From assembly GCF_002087085.1 (NCBI RefSeq), contig NZ_MWQY01000010.1, positions 62,001 through 126,000 on the forward strand: a stretch of DNA of 64,000 bases, written 5' to 3'. The translations under genes and the position numbers were made by a program. Every line of letters begins with the position of its first letter. Positions within the stretch are counted from its first letter, which is position 1. Below, piece by piece: positions 9,900-18,569 of this stretch. The notes beneath the pieces were generated by a model that did no database searches, was not told the origin of the DNA, and saw only the letters and a list, made by a program, of their open reading frames with translations.

Positions 9900-10892
9900 T
9901 TATTCGATTATACCCTTGGCCCGCATACCGTCCAGAGTCTTGAAGTTTGATTCCATCAGGTTGCGTACAAAGTCGCCCGCCTTGTCCTGACCGTACCAGG
10001 TGGGGGTAACACCTACAGAAAGGGTCCAGTCCCGGAAATCCTTGGAATGCTGGGCGTCGTAGTAGTATTTTTCCAGGGTGTCAAGCACGTCCTGGGGAGT
10101 TCCTTTGGGAGCGACGATAGCGATAAAGCTGCCGATCTCCATTTCAGGATTGCCCTGAGAAGCGATGGTCGGAACATCAGGATAGGTTTCGTTCTGTTCC
10201 AGGGAGTATTCAACAAGGCCCTTGACGGCACCGGATTTGAGTACCGCCGCGAAATCCCCCAGGCTGGTAATGACAGCATCACATTCGCCGCTCAGCAGGG
10301 CTTCCCGCTGGGGTCCCGCGCCCTCAACGTATTCGATCTGCTGGAACTTGACACCGTAAACCTCTTCCATCTGGGTCGTTATCATCGAAGGCCGTCCGCC
10401 GATTGCGGTAATCCCGATTCGCAGCTTGCCGGGATTTGCCCTGGCAGCATCAATGAACTCCTTATAGCTTTTCCACGGAGCATCGGCTTTTACCATCAAT
10501 GCGTCGGCTTCCTGGGTTACGACGCAGATAATCTCAAGATTGTCTATGTCGTACTGGGGAATAAGCTTGTAGTATACCGCACCGACTACCGCACCATAGG
10601 TGAGGTTCCCGATGGTATATCCATCATTACGGGCGCGCATAACGTCGAAAGGACCTTCCGCCTCGCCTTTTCCGGGCTTGTTAATTACGGGAATGGTTAC
10701 ATCCACGGATTTCTCTATAATGGACGCCAGTTTACGGTTAATCGTATCCGTACCGCCACCGGCACCGCCGTTACAAATAAACTGGATATCCTTGCTGGGA
10801 TAGGCCTTCTCCTGTCCGCCCTCGGCAAAAAGAGCGACAACCAGAAGCATTGCCAGTCCGATAACCAGAAGCTTCACGACATTCTTGTTCAT
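9900..10892 (-). CDS. tctC: Tripartite tricarboxylate transporter substrate-binding protein
   Basis: Signal peptide, YPSKDI, AGGGTD, NKPG, DGYTI, PDVPT, APKGTP. Confidence 0.92.
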   Translation of the reverse strand: MNKNVVKLLVIGLAMLLVVALFAEGGQEKAYPSKDIQFICNGGAGGGTDTINRKLASIIEKSVDVTIPVINKPGKGEAEGPFDVMRARNDGYTIGNLTYGAVVGAVYYKLIPQYDIDNLEIICVVTQEADALMVKADAPWKSYKEFIDAARANPGKLRIGITAIGGRPSMITTQMEEVYGVKFQQIEYVEGAGPQREALLSGECDAVITSLGDFAAVLKSGAVKGLVEYSLEQNETYPDVPTIASQGNPEMEIGSFIAIVAPKGTPQDVLDTLEKYYYDAQHSKDFRDWTLSVGVTPTWYGQDKAGDFVRNLMESNFKTLDGMRAKGIIE

Positions 10893-10935
10893 ACCAAAAT
10901 CTCCTTCGTTCCTAAATAACGGGCCGAAATGGTCC

Positions 10936-10980
10936 GTTTAAAAAAACTGTCCGATTATTCTCTGGACGGTTTTTTTAAAC
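10936..10980. terminator. Inverted repeat with A7/T7 tracts (terminator-like) in the tctC leader
   Basis: GTTTAAAAAAACTGTCC-N11-GGACGGTTTTTTTAAAC, 17-bp arms with 1 mismatch. Confidence 0.55.
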
Positions 10981-11001
10981 ACAAATCCCCTCTATAGTCC
11001 A

Positions 11002-11021
11002 TTTGTATTCAAATTGTATAC
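11002..11021. promoter_or_regulatory. Operator (GntR/FadR-like) overlapping the tctC -10
   Basis: TTTGTATTCAAATTGTATAC, near-duplicated at 12111-12130. Confidence 0.6.
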
Positions 11022-11041
11022 CGACGTTTTTCAGCTGTCAA
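11013..11041 (-). promoter_or_regulatory. sigma-70 promoter of the tctC operon
   Basis: Minus strand TTGACA-17 bp-TACAAT. Confidence 0.75.
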
Positions 11042-11084
11042 TTAAAATTATTCAGTTATCTGAACAATATTCAAACCTGAGCCG

Positions 11085-12092
11085 TTACCAGCAGGTGCAC
11101 AGAGCCTCTATGTTCTCCAGCGAGACATCCACCCCCGCAACACTCTGTCCAATCAGCCCTCCGCCGTTTACCGTGAGAAGATCCTTCATCCTGGCGGCAC
11201 ACTTTCGGATTTCTGAGGGGCCCTGAAAGGCCAGGACATTCTGACGATCGATTTCGCCCCAGAAGCAGATCTTTCCTTTAAAGTTTCTGCCGATCTCTTC
11301 AAGGTCCATAATCCAGAGCTGGCTGTTGACAGCATCAACGCCAAGGTCGATCCATTCCTTGTATAAATCATATACATAGCCATCGCTGTGGAAGAACACG
11401 TATTTTCCCCTGGCTTTGATTTTTTCGATGAGGTCCTTGTAAACCGGTTTGAAAATCGAGACAAAATCCCGGGGAGAGATAAGCAGGCTGATCTGGGACC
11501 CCCAGTCCTCGGTAAAAAAGATCCCGTCCACATCCTTCTCAAGCCAGTAATCGAGATAGAAATCAAAATATTCGGAAATTTTATCCCGGAAAACAAACAA
11601 TTCCTGTTCCTTCATTCCTATATCCATGAACAGGTTTTCCGTGCCCCGGACAAACTGCATGCGCTGAAAAGGCTCGACCTTGCCGCCGACAACAAAACGC
11701 CTGTTATTCCGGGAGATTCTGATTTTCTCCTCCACAACGGCATCGTTGCGTCTCCATTCGGATTTCAGCCATTCATAGGGGGGAGAGAATTTTTTTACAT
11801 CCGTCAGGTCTTTCAGGACGGGTTCTTTGACCTCCCCGACCATGCCATCCGCCAGCACCAGCCATGAGCTTCCCCAGGTGTCGGTATAGCGTCCTGCCGT
11901 GGTGGAACGGCTGTAGAAGTTTCTGTCCCCGGGACCGGCGATAAGATCAATATCGTTCGGATATTTCCGGATGAGCCCGGCAAGCTGTTCACCATATCTT
12001 TGCCTGGTTGCCTGGTGAAACCAGAGGTTCAAAGGAATATGATCCGGATTGCCGAAATGTAATGCCGCAACTACCCTTTCTCTGCTTGTCAT
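11085..12092 (-). CDS. URO-D/MtaA-fold family protein
   Basis: MTSRERV, RGTENLFMD, EDWGSQ, FHSDG, FWGEIDRQ, GGGLI; ATG 12092 preferred to TTG 12104. Confidence 0.85.
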   Translation of the reverse strand: MTSRERVVAALHFGNPDHIPLNLWFHQATRQRYGEQLAGLIRKYPNDIDLIAGPGDRNFYSRSTTAGRYTDTWGSSWLVLADGMVGEVKEPVLKDLTDVKKFSPPYEWLKSEWRRNDAVVEEKIRISRNNRRFVVGGKVEPFQRMQFVRGTENLFMDIGMKEQELFVFRDKISEYFDFYLDYWLEKDVDGIFFTEDWGSQISLLISPRDFVSIFKPVYKDLIEKIKARGKYVFFHSDGYVYDLYKEWIDLGVDAVNSQLWIMDLEEIGRNFKGKICFWGEIDRQNVLAFQGPSEIRKCAARMKDLLTVNGGGLIGQSVAGVDVSLENIEALCTCW

Positions 12093-12110
12093 AAACACAT
12101 CCAAATATTT

Positions 12111-12130
12111 TTTGTATTCAATATGTATAC
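12111..12130. promoter_or_regulatory. Operator, second copy
   Basis: TTTGTATTCAATATGTATAC, 18/20 identical to 11002-11021. Confidence 0.6.
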
Positions 12131-12188
12131 AGCTTAGGTGCGTATTGTTTATTCCGTATATAAAATAGTGTTGATTTCTGGTAATTTT

Positions 12189-13214
12189 TTACAGACAGGC
12201 GCTTATGTGTATCTCCCAGGGAACATCGAGATCCCACAAACTCCGGACAGTCTGCTCCGCCTCCCGGGCGCTGGAGGGACACTCAATCCGGCGCATGTGC
12301 CGTGCCTTCCGCAGGTTTCCGGAAAGAGAAAAACCGCTCCTGCTGCAACGTGCGACAAAAGAGGTGCCGCCGGCCTCTCCGACGCCCCTTGCCAGAGAAA
12401 AGGCCGTCGCGGCGGCGGGCCCGCAATCCACCACCTGGACTTTTTCGGTATTTCCGTATGCCCCGGGAAAGCTGCACAGCCGGCCTCCTTCGGTAACGGA
12501 AAAAATAACCTTCCGAGCCTCTCCCGGCACCTCCTCTATTCCCCGCAGGATTGCGGATATTTGTTCATGAAAAGCGGTCTCTGCAGAGCTGCTGTCTATA
12601 CCTGATCGCAGTGCTGAGAATTCCGGGTCATCTTCAAGCGCCTGGGTGATAATCACAGACGGAATATCCCCTGATTCAGGAGGTTTCAGCTGGCTGAACC
12701 CCTCAGCAATGGCAGCGGCATTCATGAAGCGCACATTCCATCCGCAGGCAGCATACTTGTCGGCGATGAATCCCGCACCGGGACCGGACTCTACAACAAA
12801 GGCGATGAGTTTTCCCAGGCGAAGTTTGACGCTCCTGATTGCGGCTTCCCAGACTCCTCCCAGGAACTGATCGGTATCGGACATACAGCAACAGGTACAG
12901 CTCTTCCCGCCTTGAAGAGAAGCTTCAAAGGCGACTCCCGCTGCAAATCCCAGAGCGCTGTGAGGGCGGCGCATGATTGGACTGCCGGGGGTCTTCCCCG
13001 GATCGCGCTCCCCGATTTCCCGATACAGGGCATGAAGTGCCGACCTGCTGAAGGAGCTGGACCAGATTACCCGTGCCGGATTCACTCTGAACAGAAGCGC
13101 GGCAATTTCAAGATGGCTGAGAGAGCGGTCAGGTCTGTTCTGTAAAACACAGCTGCGAACTTCGCCCGCAATTTTCTGCAGCTCAGAGAGGGACAATTCG
13201 CTCTTAGCTACCAT
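12189..13214 (-). CDS. Degenerate transketolase-like protein (fused N-terminal and pyrimidine-binding remnants)
   Basis: SLSHLEI, ALGFAAGVA, GVWEAA..LRLGKLIAFV, ADKYAACGWNV; GGGAGG RBS; catalytic motifs altered. Confidence 0.65.
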   Translation of the reverse strand: MVAKSELSLSELQKIAGEVRSCVLQNRPDRSLSHLEIAALLFRVNPARVIWSSSFSRSALHALYREIGERDPGKTPGSPIMRRPHSALGFAAGVAFEASLQGGKSCTCCCMSDTDQFLGGVWEAAIRSVKLRLGKLIAFVVESGPGAGFIADKYAACGWNVRFMNAAAIAEGFSQLKPPESGDIPSVIITQALEDDPEFSALRSGIDSSSAETAFHEQISAILRGIEEVPGEARKVIFSVTEGGRLCSFPGAYGNTEKVQVVDCGPAAATAFSLARGVGEAGGTSFVARCSRSGFSLSGNLRKARHMRRIECPSSAREAEQTVRSLWDLDVPWEIHISACL

Positions 13215-13240
13215 GGCCCGCCCTCCCGGGAAGAAAGATG

Positions 13241-13266
13241 CTCCGACGGGGGAAATCCCGCCGGAG
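13241..13266 (-). terminator. Hairpin after dctM (possible weak terminator)
   Basis: CTCCGACGGG-GGAAAT-CCCGCCGGAG, followed on the minus strand by a pyrimidine-rich tract. Confidence 0.4.
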
Positions 13267-13279
13267 ATTCATAAAGACT

Positions 13280-14620
13280 CTACATCGTACTGGGCAACCA
13301 GAGAGCAATCTGCGGATAGGCAATCATTAACAGGAGTACGACCATGACAATAAAGACGTAGGGTATCATGCCTCGTATGATGTCGTTGGTGCTTATACCC
13401 AGTTCCGGCTTTGCCGCTCCTTTCAGGAAAAACATGGCATAGGCAAAGGGAGGAGTAAGGAAGGACATCTGCAGGTTGACGATTACCATCATTGCAAACC
13501 AGAGAGGATCAAATCCAAGCTTGGGAATAATCGGCGCAAGAATCGGTACCATTACAAAGATAATACCAATCCAGTCGATGAATGCCCCCAGAATAAAACA
13601 GATGACCATGATCATCGTGAATACAACCCAGCGTCCCCCGGGGAAGCCGAGGATAAAATCTTCTACAACAGCCCCGCCGCCTGCACTCAGAAAAACGCTT
13701 ACGAAGGTTGTGGACGCACTGGCGATAAGCAAAACCATACCCGTCAGCTTGATCGTGGAAAGAGCCACATCCATCAGGACCGGAATCGTCAGCCTGCGAT
13801 AGGCTAGAGTCAGAAGGGTGGCGACTACGGCTCCTACGGCAGCTGCTTCAGTGGGTGCTGCGACACCGAAATAGATGGCCCCCAGCACCGAGAGAATAAG
13901 AATCGCCGTGGGAGCGACGGTCTGCAGAACGAGCATGCTTTTGTGGTAGAAGGAATCTCTCCGTTCCTCGACGGGTACAACCGGGGCAAGGGAGGGCTTC
14001 ATCAGGCAGCGTATGGTTATATAGACCATATACAGGCCGGAAAGCACCAGTCCCGGTACAAAGGCCGCCATAAAGAGCTTGCCCACGGAAATCCGGGCTA
14101 CCGGCCCATAGACTATCAGCATGATACTTGGAGGGATAAGGATACCCAGGGAGCCCCCCGCGCATATTGCCCCGGTGGCCAGGCCTTTGTCGTAACCGCG
14201 CTCGATCATGGCCGGAAGAGCCACCAGAGTCAGCATGGTTATCGATGCAGCAATAATACCTACACTGGCCGCCATTACCGTTCCAATTATTATACTGACA
14301 ATGGCCAGCCCCCCGCGGAACCCTCCGAACCAGAGGTAGAGGGCTTTATACATCCTCTCCGCGATACCCGACTTTTCCAGCATATTTCCCATGAATACGA
14401 AGAGAGGCACAGCCATCAGGCCATAATCTGTGACGATAGCGTATACCCGGCTGTAGATAAGATCGAAGGAGTTCGGCCCGAAGAGCAGGAAGCCGGTTAT
14501 GACCCCCACCCCGCCGATGGGAATGGCCAGGGGAAAGCCGGTCAATACCCCTACAAAAAGGGCTCCGAACATGATAATCGTTATTGTCTCAGGGCTTAAT
14601 TGTGCAAACGCGCCAATCAT
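13280..14620 (-). CDS. dctM: TRAP transporter large permease
   Basis: AVPLFVFMG, GGSLGILIPPSI, PTEAAA, LTPPF. Confidence 0.93.
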   Translation of the reverse strand: MIGAFAQLSPETITIIMFGALFVGVLTGFPLAIPIGGVGVITGFLLFGPNSFDLIYSRVYAIVTDYGLMAVPLFVFMGNMLEKSGIAERMYKALYLWFGGFRGGLAIVSIIIGTVMAASVGIIAASITMLTLVALPAMIERGYDKGLATGAICAGGSLGILIPPSIMLIVYGPVARISVGKLFMAAFVPGLVLSGLYMVYITIRCLMKPSLAPVVPVEERRDSFYHKSMLVLQTVAPTAILILSVLGAIYFGVAAPTEAAAVGAVVATLLTLAYRRLTIPVLMDVALSTIKLTGMVLLIASASTTFVSVFLSAGGGAVVEDFILGFPGGRWVVFTMIMVICFILGAFIDWIGIIFVMVPILAPIIPKLGFDPLWFAMMVIVNLQMSFLTPPFAYAMFFLKGAAKPELGISTNDIIRGMIPYVFIVMVVLLLMIAYPQIALWLPSTM

Positions 14621-15162
14621 ATCAGTTCCCTCTTTTTGATCAGGTAGTACAGATCACAGGAAAACTGGGCCAGACACTGCAGCCCGAAAAGGATGAACCC
14701 CAGCAGAAGGGCCGTGCGGAACGGGGCCGCCGGGGGCAGCCAGCTGCTCTCGATCATCTTTTCGCCGGTCTGCCAGGCGCGAATCGTCCATTTTGTCCCT
14801 ACCCCTATCAGCACGAATACCAGGGGAAACAGCATCAGCAGCGACATGATAACGTCGATCAAGGCCTGCCCCCTGCGGGGAACCAGGGCATAGATAACAT
14901 CCACCCGCACGTGCCCGCCCAGCTTGTGGGTATACCCCCAGCCGCAGGCGCCGATTGTTCCAAGCAGCATTTTTGAGGTTTCCAGCGCCCAGACAGTCGG
15001 GGAATTGAAAACATAGCGCATGGTTACCTCGGTAAACAGAACAAGAACCAGGGCCATTACCAGATACTTTATGAACTGTCCGGTTGCCTCGCTCAATGCA
15101 AAGACTGAACGGGCAAAACCGCGGACAATGGCCCAGTCATTTTCCAGGGCTTCTTTTCCCAT
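14617..15162 (-). CDS. dctQ: TRAP transporter small permease
   Basis: RYVFNSPTVWA, HVRVDVIY; start set at ATG 15162 with AGGAG RBS. Confidence 0.88.
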   Translation of the reverse strand: MGKEALENDWAIVRGFARSVFALSEATGQFIKYLVMALVLVLFTEVTMRYVFNSPTVWALETSKMLLGTIGACGWGYTHKLGGHVRVDVIYALVPRRGQALIDVIMSLLMLFPLVFVLIGVGTKWTIRAWQTGEKMIESSWLPPAAPFRTALLLGFILFGLQCLAQFSCDLYYLIKKRELI

Positions 15163-15182
15163 CGGATAACTCCTGTAAGACT

Positions 15183-15211
15183 CCCTGCCGGCTCTGACTG
15201 ATCCGGCAGGG
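15183..15211. other. Intergenic hairpin after dctP
   Basis: CCCTGCCGG-N11-CCGGCAGGG. Confidence 0.5.
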
Positions 15212-15227
15212 GTTATTTGGTTAAGTG

Positions 15228-16307
15228 CTACTTTATGTCGAAACGTTCGCAAACCTCTTTCCAGGCCATGGCACTGTCATAGATTCGCTTGTAATTGGGA
15301 TCCTTGGCAGACTCTTCCTGGAAATACTCCAGGGATTTCTCGTTCAAGAGATCGATAATGTCCTGGGGAACCGGTTCCACGATGGTTCCGGCGTCGATAT
15401 ATTTCTGCACTGCTTCCACATCACGGTTTACCGACTCGGTGTAGTACTCCCTGGCGATCTGGTCTGTCGCCATGGTAACAATTGTCTTGAGATTCTCCGG
15501 CAGTTTGTCCCAGGTATCCCCGTTGACATAGATACACTGGGTATCCGTAGGTGCCCGGGAAGGAGACAGGTACATATACTTCGCAACCTCGTGGAATCCC
15601 ATATCCCAGTTCAGCGAGGGGTTGATGTATTCGAACCCGTCAATAACGCCTCTTTTCGCAGATTCATAAATCTCTCCCCCGGGGAGAAAGACCGGGGTCG
15701 CTCCCATTTTCTGGAAAATTGCGTTCAGCGCTGTAGTCCCGAGCCGTACCTTCCATCCCTTGATATCCGCAACAGACCGGAGGGGTTTGGTGGAGTGGGC
15801 CCAGACCTCAGCAGGGCTGAGAGTCAGGATACCGACATAGTGAACCCCCAGATCATCGTAAAGGTCCTGGGCTATTTTACGACCCTCCAGCTTCATCCAC
15901 ATCTCGAGCTGATTCGAGGTCAGTCCTCCCGGATACTGGGTAAAGAACACGGCGCCGGGAAGGTAGCCGATTGTCCAGCCCGGAGGTCCGTGAACCGCTT
16001 CCACAGATCCCGACATGACCGAATCAAACTCTTTTCCACCGGGAATAACCGATCCGGCGGTATACGGTGTAATAAGGAGCTGCCCGTCGGAAGCAATTTC
16101 AACCACCTCCGCGAAACGCTGAGCCGCTTCGTAGGTCCTGTCTCCGGCGGGAGCCCAGGACTGCAGCCTCCAGCGTATAACCTCCTTTTTAGGAGCCGCC
16201 GCTTCAGCCGTTGCATCCTCCCCTGAGGAACCGCCGCAGGCGATCAGCATACCGAAGGTCAATACGATGAGTATCAGGAAAACTATACCCCTCTGTCCTC
16301 TGTTCAT
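15228..16307 (-). CDS. dctP: TRAP transporter substrate-binding lipoprotein
   Basis: Lipobox LIAC, WRLQS, KGWKVR, GEIYE..RGVIDG.E; start ATG 16307 with AGGAGG. Confidence 0.9.
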   Translation of the reverse strand: MNRGQRGIVFLILIVLTFGMLIACGGSSGEDATAEAAAPKKEVIRWRLQSWAPAGDRTYEAAQRFAEVVEIASDGQLLITPYTAGSVIPGGKEFDSVMSGSVEAVHGPPGWTIGYLPGAVFFTQYPGGLTSNQLEMWMKLEGRKIAQDLYDDLGVHYVGILTLSPAEVWAHSTKPLRSVADIKGWKVRLGTTALNAIFQKMGATPVFLPGGEIYESAKRGVIDGFEYINPSLNWDMGFHEVAKYMYLSPSRAPTDTQCIYVNGDTWDKLPENLKTIVTMATDQIAREYYTESVNRDVEAVQKYIDAGTIVEPVPQDIIDLLNEKSLEYFQEESAKDPNYKRIYDSAMAWKEVCERFDIK

Positions 16308-16363
16308 TCCGTACCTCCTGGTCAATATAAAGCGCAAAGAAAATCTGCGCCTGAAGGTGGATA

Positions 16364-16380
16364 TTCAAGAAGCGTACCAG
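16364..16380 (-). promoter_or_regulatory. sigma-54 promoter candidate for dctPQM
   Basis: Minus strand CTGGTACG-CTTC-TTGAA (-12 GA variant), divergent from a bEBP gene. Confidence 0.55.
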
Positions 16381-16627
16381 CTGCAGCTCCACAGAAAGAG
16401 ATTCGGGGAAAAACATCTTAAATGTTCAGCATCTTCTATCTTATTGACGGGTAAGTATTTAATTACCTGATAAACAGGCTTGCCAGGGTTATCGGTGCAT
16501 ATGCGCCCGTATACCGGGATATACAAGAAAGTACATGCTGTAAAAAACTGCAGCCGGTGCGGTATTCTCCGGCACTGTGCTGCGTATTTTCTTGTCGATT
16601 TTCCGGGCCCGTGCAATAATAGGTATA

Positions 16628-18559
16628 ATGGATGCTTATGCGATCCTGCCGTACAAAGGCCTGGTGGAAATTGCTTCGGAAACCGGGAGAGAACTGAAAC
16701 TCGACCTGAAGATTTTCGAGGGTGAAACCGAAGAGGCAATACCCTTCGCCATGGATGCCCAGAAACGGGGGGCGGACTGCATCATCAGCCGGGGGGGAAC
16801 AGCCTCCATAATTGAACGGTATGTCAATGTTCCCATTGTACGGGTCCCGGTAAGTGAACTGGACCTCCTGCGAATTCTCTATCCTTTGAAAGGCCTGGAC
16901 AGAAAGATCCTGGTTGTGGGCTTCAGAAACGCTGTATTCCGGGCCAGGTCCGCCGCACGGGTTTTAGGTCTTCAAATCCAGGAACTCCCGATCCCCTATG
17001 AGGCTGCCGACTATAATTTTGACCATATCAGACGCAGCGCGGAACACCTTATCCGCCATCACGGAATCGATACAATTATCGGGGATCAGACCGCCTTTAT
17101 AAATCTCAGATCCTACTGCGAGAGTCAGTACCTGATAACATCCAGCAAGGATGATTTTCTCACAGCCCTCAGGAATTCACAGCTCCTGAACACGGATGGT
17201 CAGCGGGAACAGCAGGATCAGATCCAGGTCGTGTTGAATGCTGTGCAGGAGGGTATTATCTCTACCGACACCCATGGAAGAGTAACCAGCTTCAATATAA
17301 AGGCGGCGGAGATTTTCGGAATGGAACCGGGTATGGTGATAGGCGCCTCTCTGGATGAACTGGCCGGGTATTTCAGGGATTTCGAAGAACTGAAATCCAC
17401 AATCTCCCTTACCCTTCGCAATGGAAACCCGGAGAGCATACAACTCTCCCGCCCGAAGGGCCCCGAGGTCTACGAGATCAATTCCGCCCCCCTGGTATCA
17501 CAAAAGGGAATTCACGGGACAGTGACAACTATCATACGAAGCAGTCACGCTCATAGCGGTAAGAGCGCCGGGAATAAGCACCCATCTGCCGGAACATTCA
17601 ACACTCATTACAGTTTCAAGGATATCCTGGGCAGGGATGAAGCCTTTGTACGTGTGCTGGCCGTCGCCCGGGCCTATACCATGACGGATGCCACAATCCT
17701 GATTGAAGGGGAAAGCGGTGTGGGAAAGGAGATGTTCGCCCAGAGTATTCACGCCTCGGGGCCAAGAAAAGAGGGTCCTTTCGTGGCGGTAAACTGTGCC
17801 TCCATACCTGAACCGCTTTTGGAGAGTGAACTCTTCGGCTACGAGCAGGGAGCATTTACCGGAGCCTCCAGGGCGGGACAGAAAGGACTCTTCGAGCTGG
17901 CCGACGGAGGAACTCTTTTCCTGGACGAAATAAGCGAGATTGATCAGAAAATGCAGATGAATCTTCTGCGGGTCCTGGAAGAACGCCGGATTCGCCGCAT
18001 CGGATCAGACAGATTGCGGGATGTCGACGTTCGCGTAATAGCGGCTTCCAACAGGGACCTGCGTAAACTGATCGACGAGAACCATTTCCGCCCCGACCTT
18101 TTTTACCGTCTGAATCTGCTGAACCTTCATATTCCAGCCCTGAGGGAACGGAAAGCAGACATCCCCCTGCTGGCGGAACACTTTTTTACACAGTTCTGCA
18201 GACACTATGGCGGCAAGGAGGTGCGGCTTACCGAGGATATCCTCAACAGACTGCGCTGCTACCCCTGGCCGGGGAACATACGGGAACTGAAAAACATAAT
18301 GGAACGGACGGCTCTTACCATAGCCACCCGCTGCCTGGAGCTTTCCGATCTGGAAATCATCACCCGGGAGCTGAACAACAGTCTGAGTTCCCGAAGCTCC
18401 CGGATAAATGAACTGTCCTTCTGCGGAACCCTGAACACGATAAAACACCAGGCCGCCGAATCAGCACTGCAGGCGGCAGGATACAATAAAAGCCATGCCG
18501 CCCGGATGCTGGGTATAGACCGGTCAACCCTGGACCGGCTGCTGGATCCCAGGGACTGA
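16628..18559 (+). CDS. sigma-54 enhancer-binding protein, PrpR-like (PrpR_N, PAS, AAA+, HTH)
   Basis: IISRGGTA, GESGVGKE, GAFTGA, LFLDEI, WPGNIREL, C-terminal AARMLGIDRSTL; start could be GTG 16577. Confidence 0.9.
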   Translation: MDAYAILPYKGLVEIASETGRELKLDLKIFEGETEEAIPFAMDAQKRGADCIISRGGTASIIERYVNVPIVRVPVSELDLLRILYPLKGLDRKILVVGFRNAVFRARSAARVLGLQIQELPIPYEAADYNFDHIRRSAEHLIRHHGIDTIIGDQTAFINLRSYCESQYLITSSKDDFLTALRNSQLLNTDGQREQQDQIQVVLNAVQEGIISTDTHGRVTSFNIKAAEIFGMEPGMVIGASLDELAGYFRDFEELKSTISLTLRNGNPESIQLSRPKGPEVYEINSAPLVSQKGIHGTVTTIIRSSHAHSGKSAGNKHPSAGTFNTHYSFKDILGRDEAFVRVLAVARAYTMTDATILIEGESGVGKEMFAQSIHASGPRKEGPFVAVNCASIPEPLLESELFGYEQGAFTGASRAGQKGLFELADGGTLFLDEISEIDQKMQMNLLRVLEERRIRRIGSDRLRDVDVRVIAASNRDLRKLIDENHFRPDLFYRLNLLNLHIPALRERKADIPLLAEHFFTQFCRHYGGKEVRLTEDILNRLRCYPWPGNIRELKNIMERTALTIATRCLELSDLEIITRELNNSLSSRSSRINELSFCGTLNTIKHQAAESALQAAGYNKSHAARMLGIDRSTLDRLLDPRD

Positions 18560-18569
18560 TTATCCGATC

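Noticed and set aside
75..12104. Calling the URO-D-like genes hemE
   Set aside because: No RQAGR motif and no tetrapyrrole gene context
16470..16486. Second sigma-54 promoter candidate CTGGCAAGCCTGTTTAT
   Set aside because: Lacks the -12 G(C); the 16364-16380 site fits better
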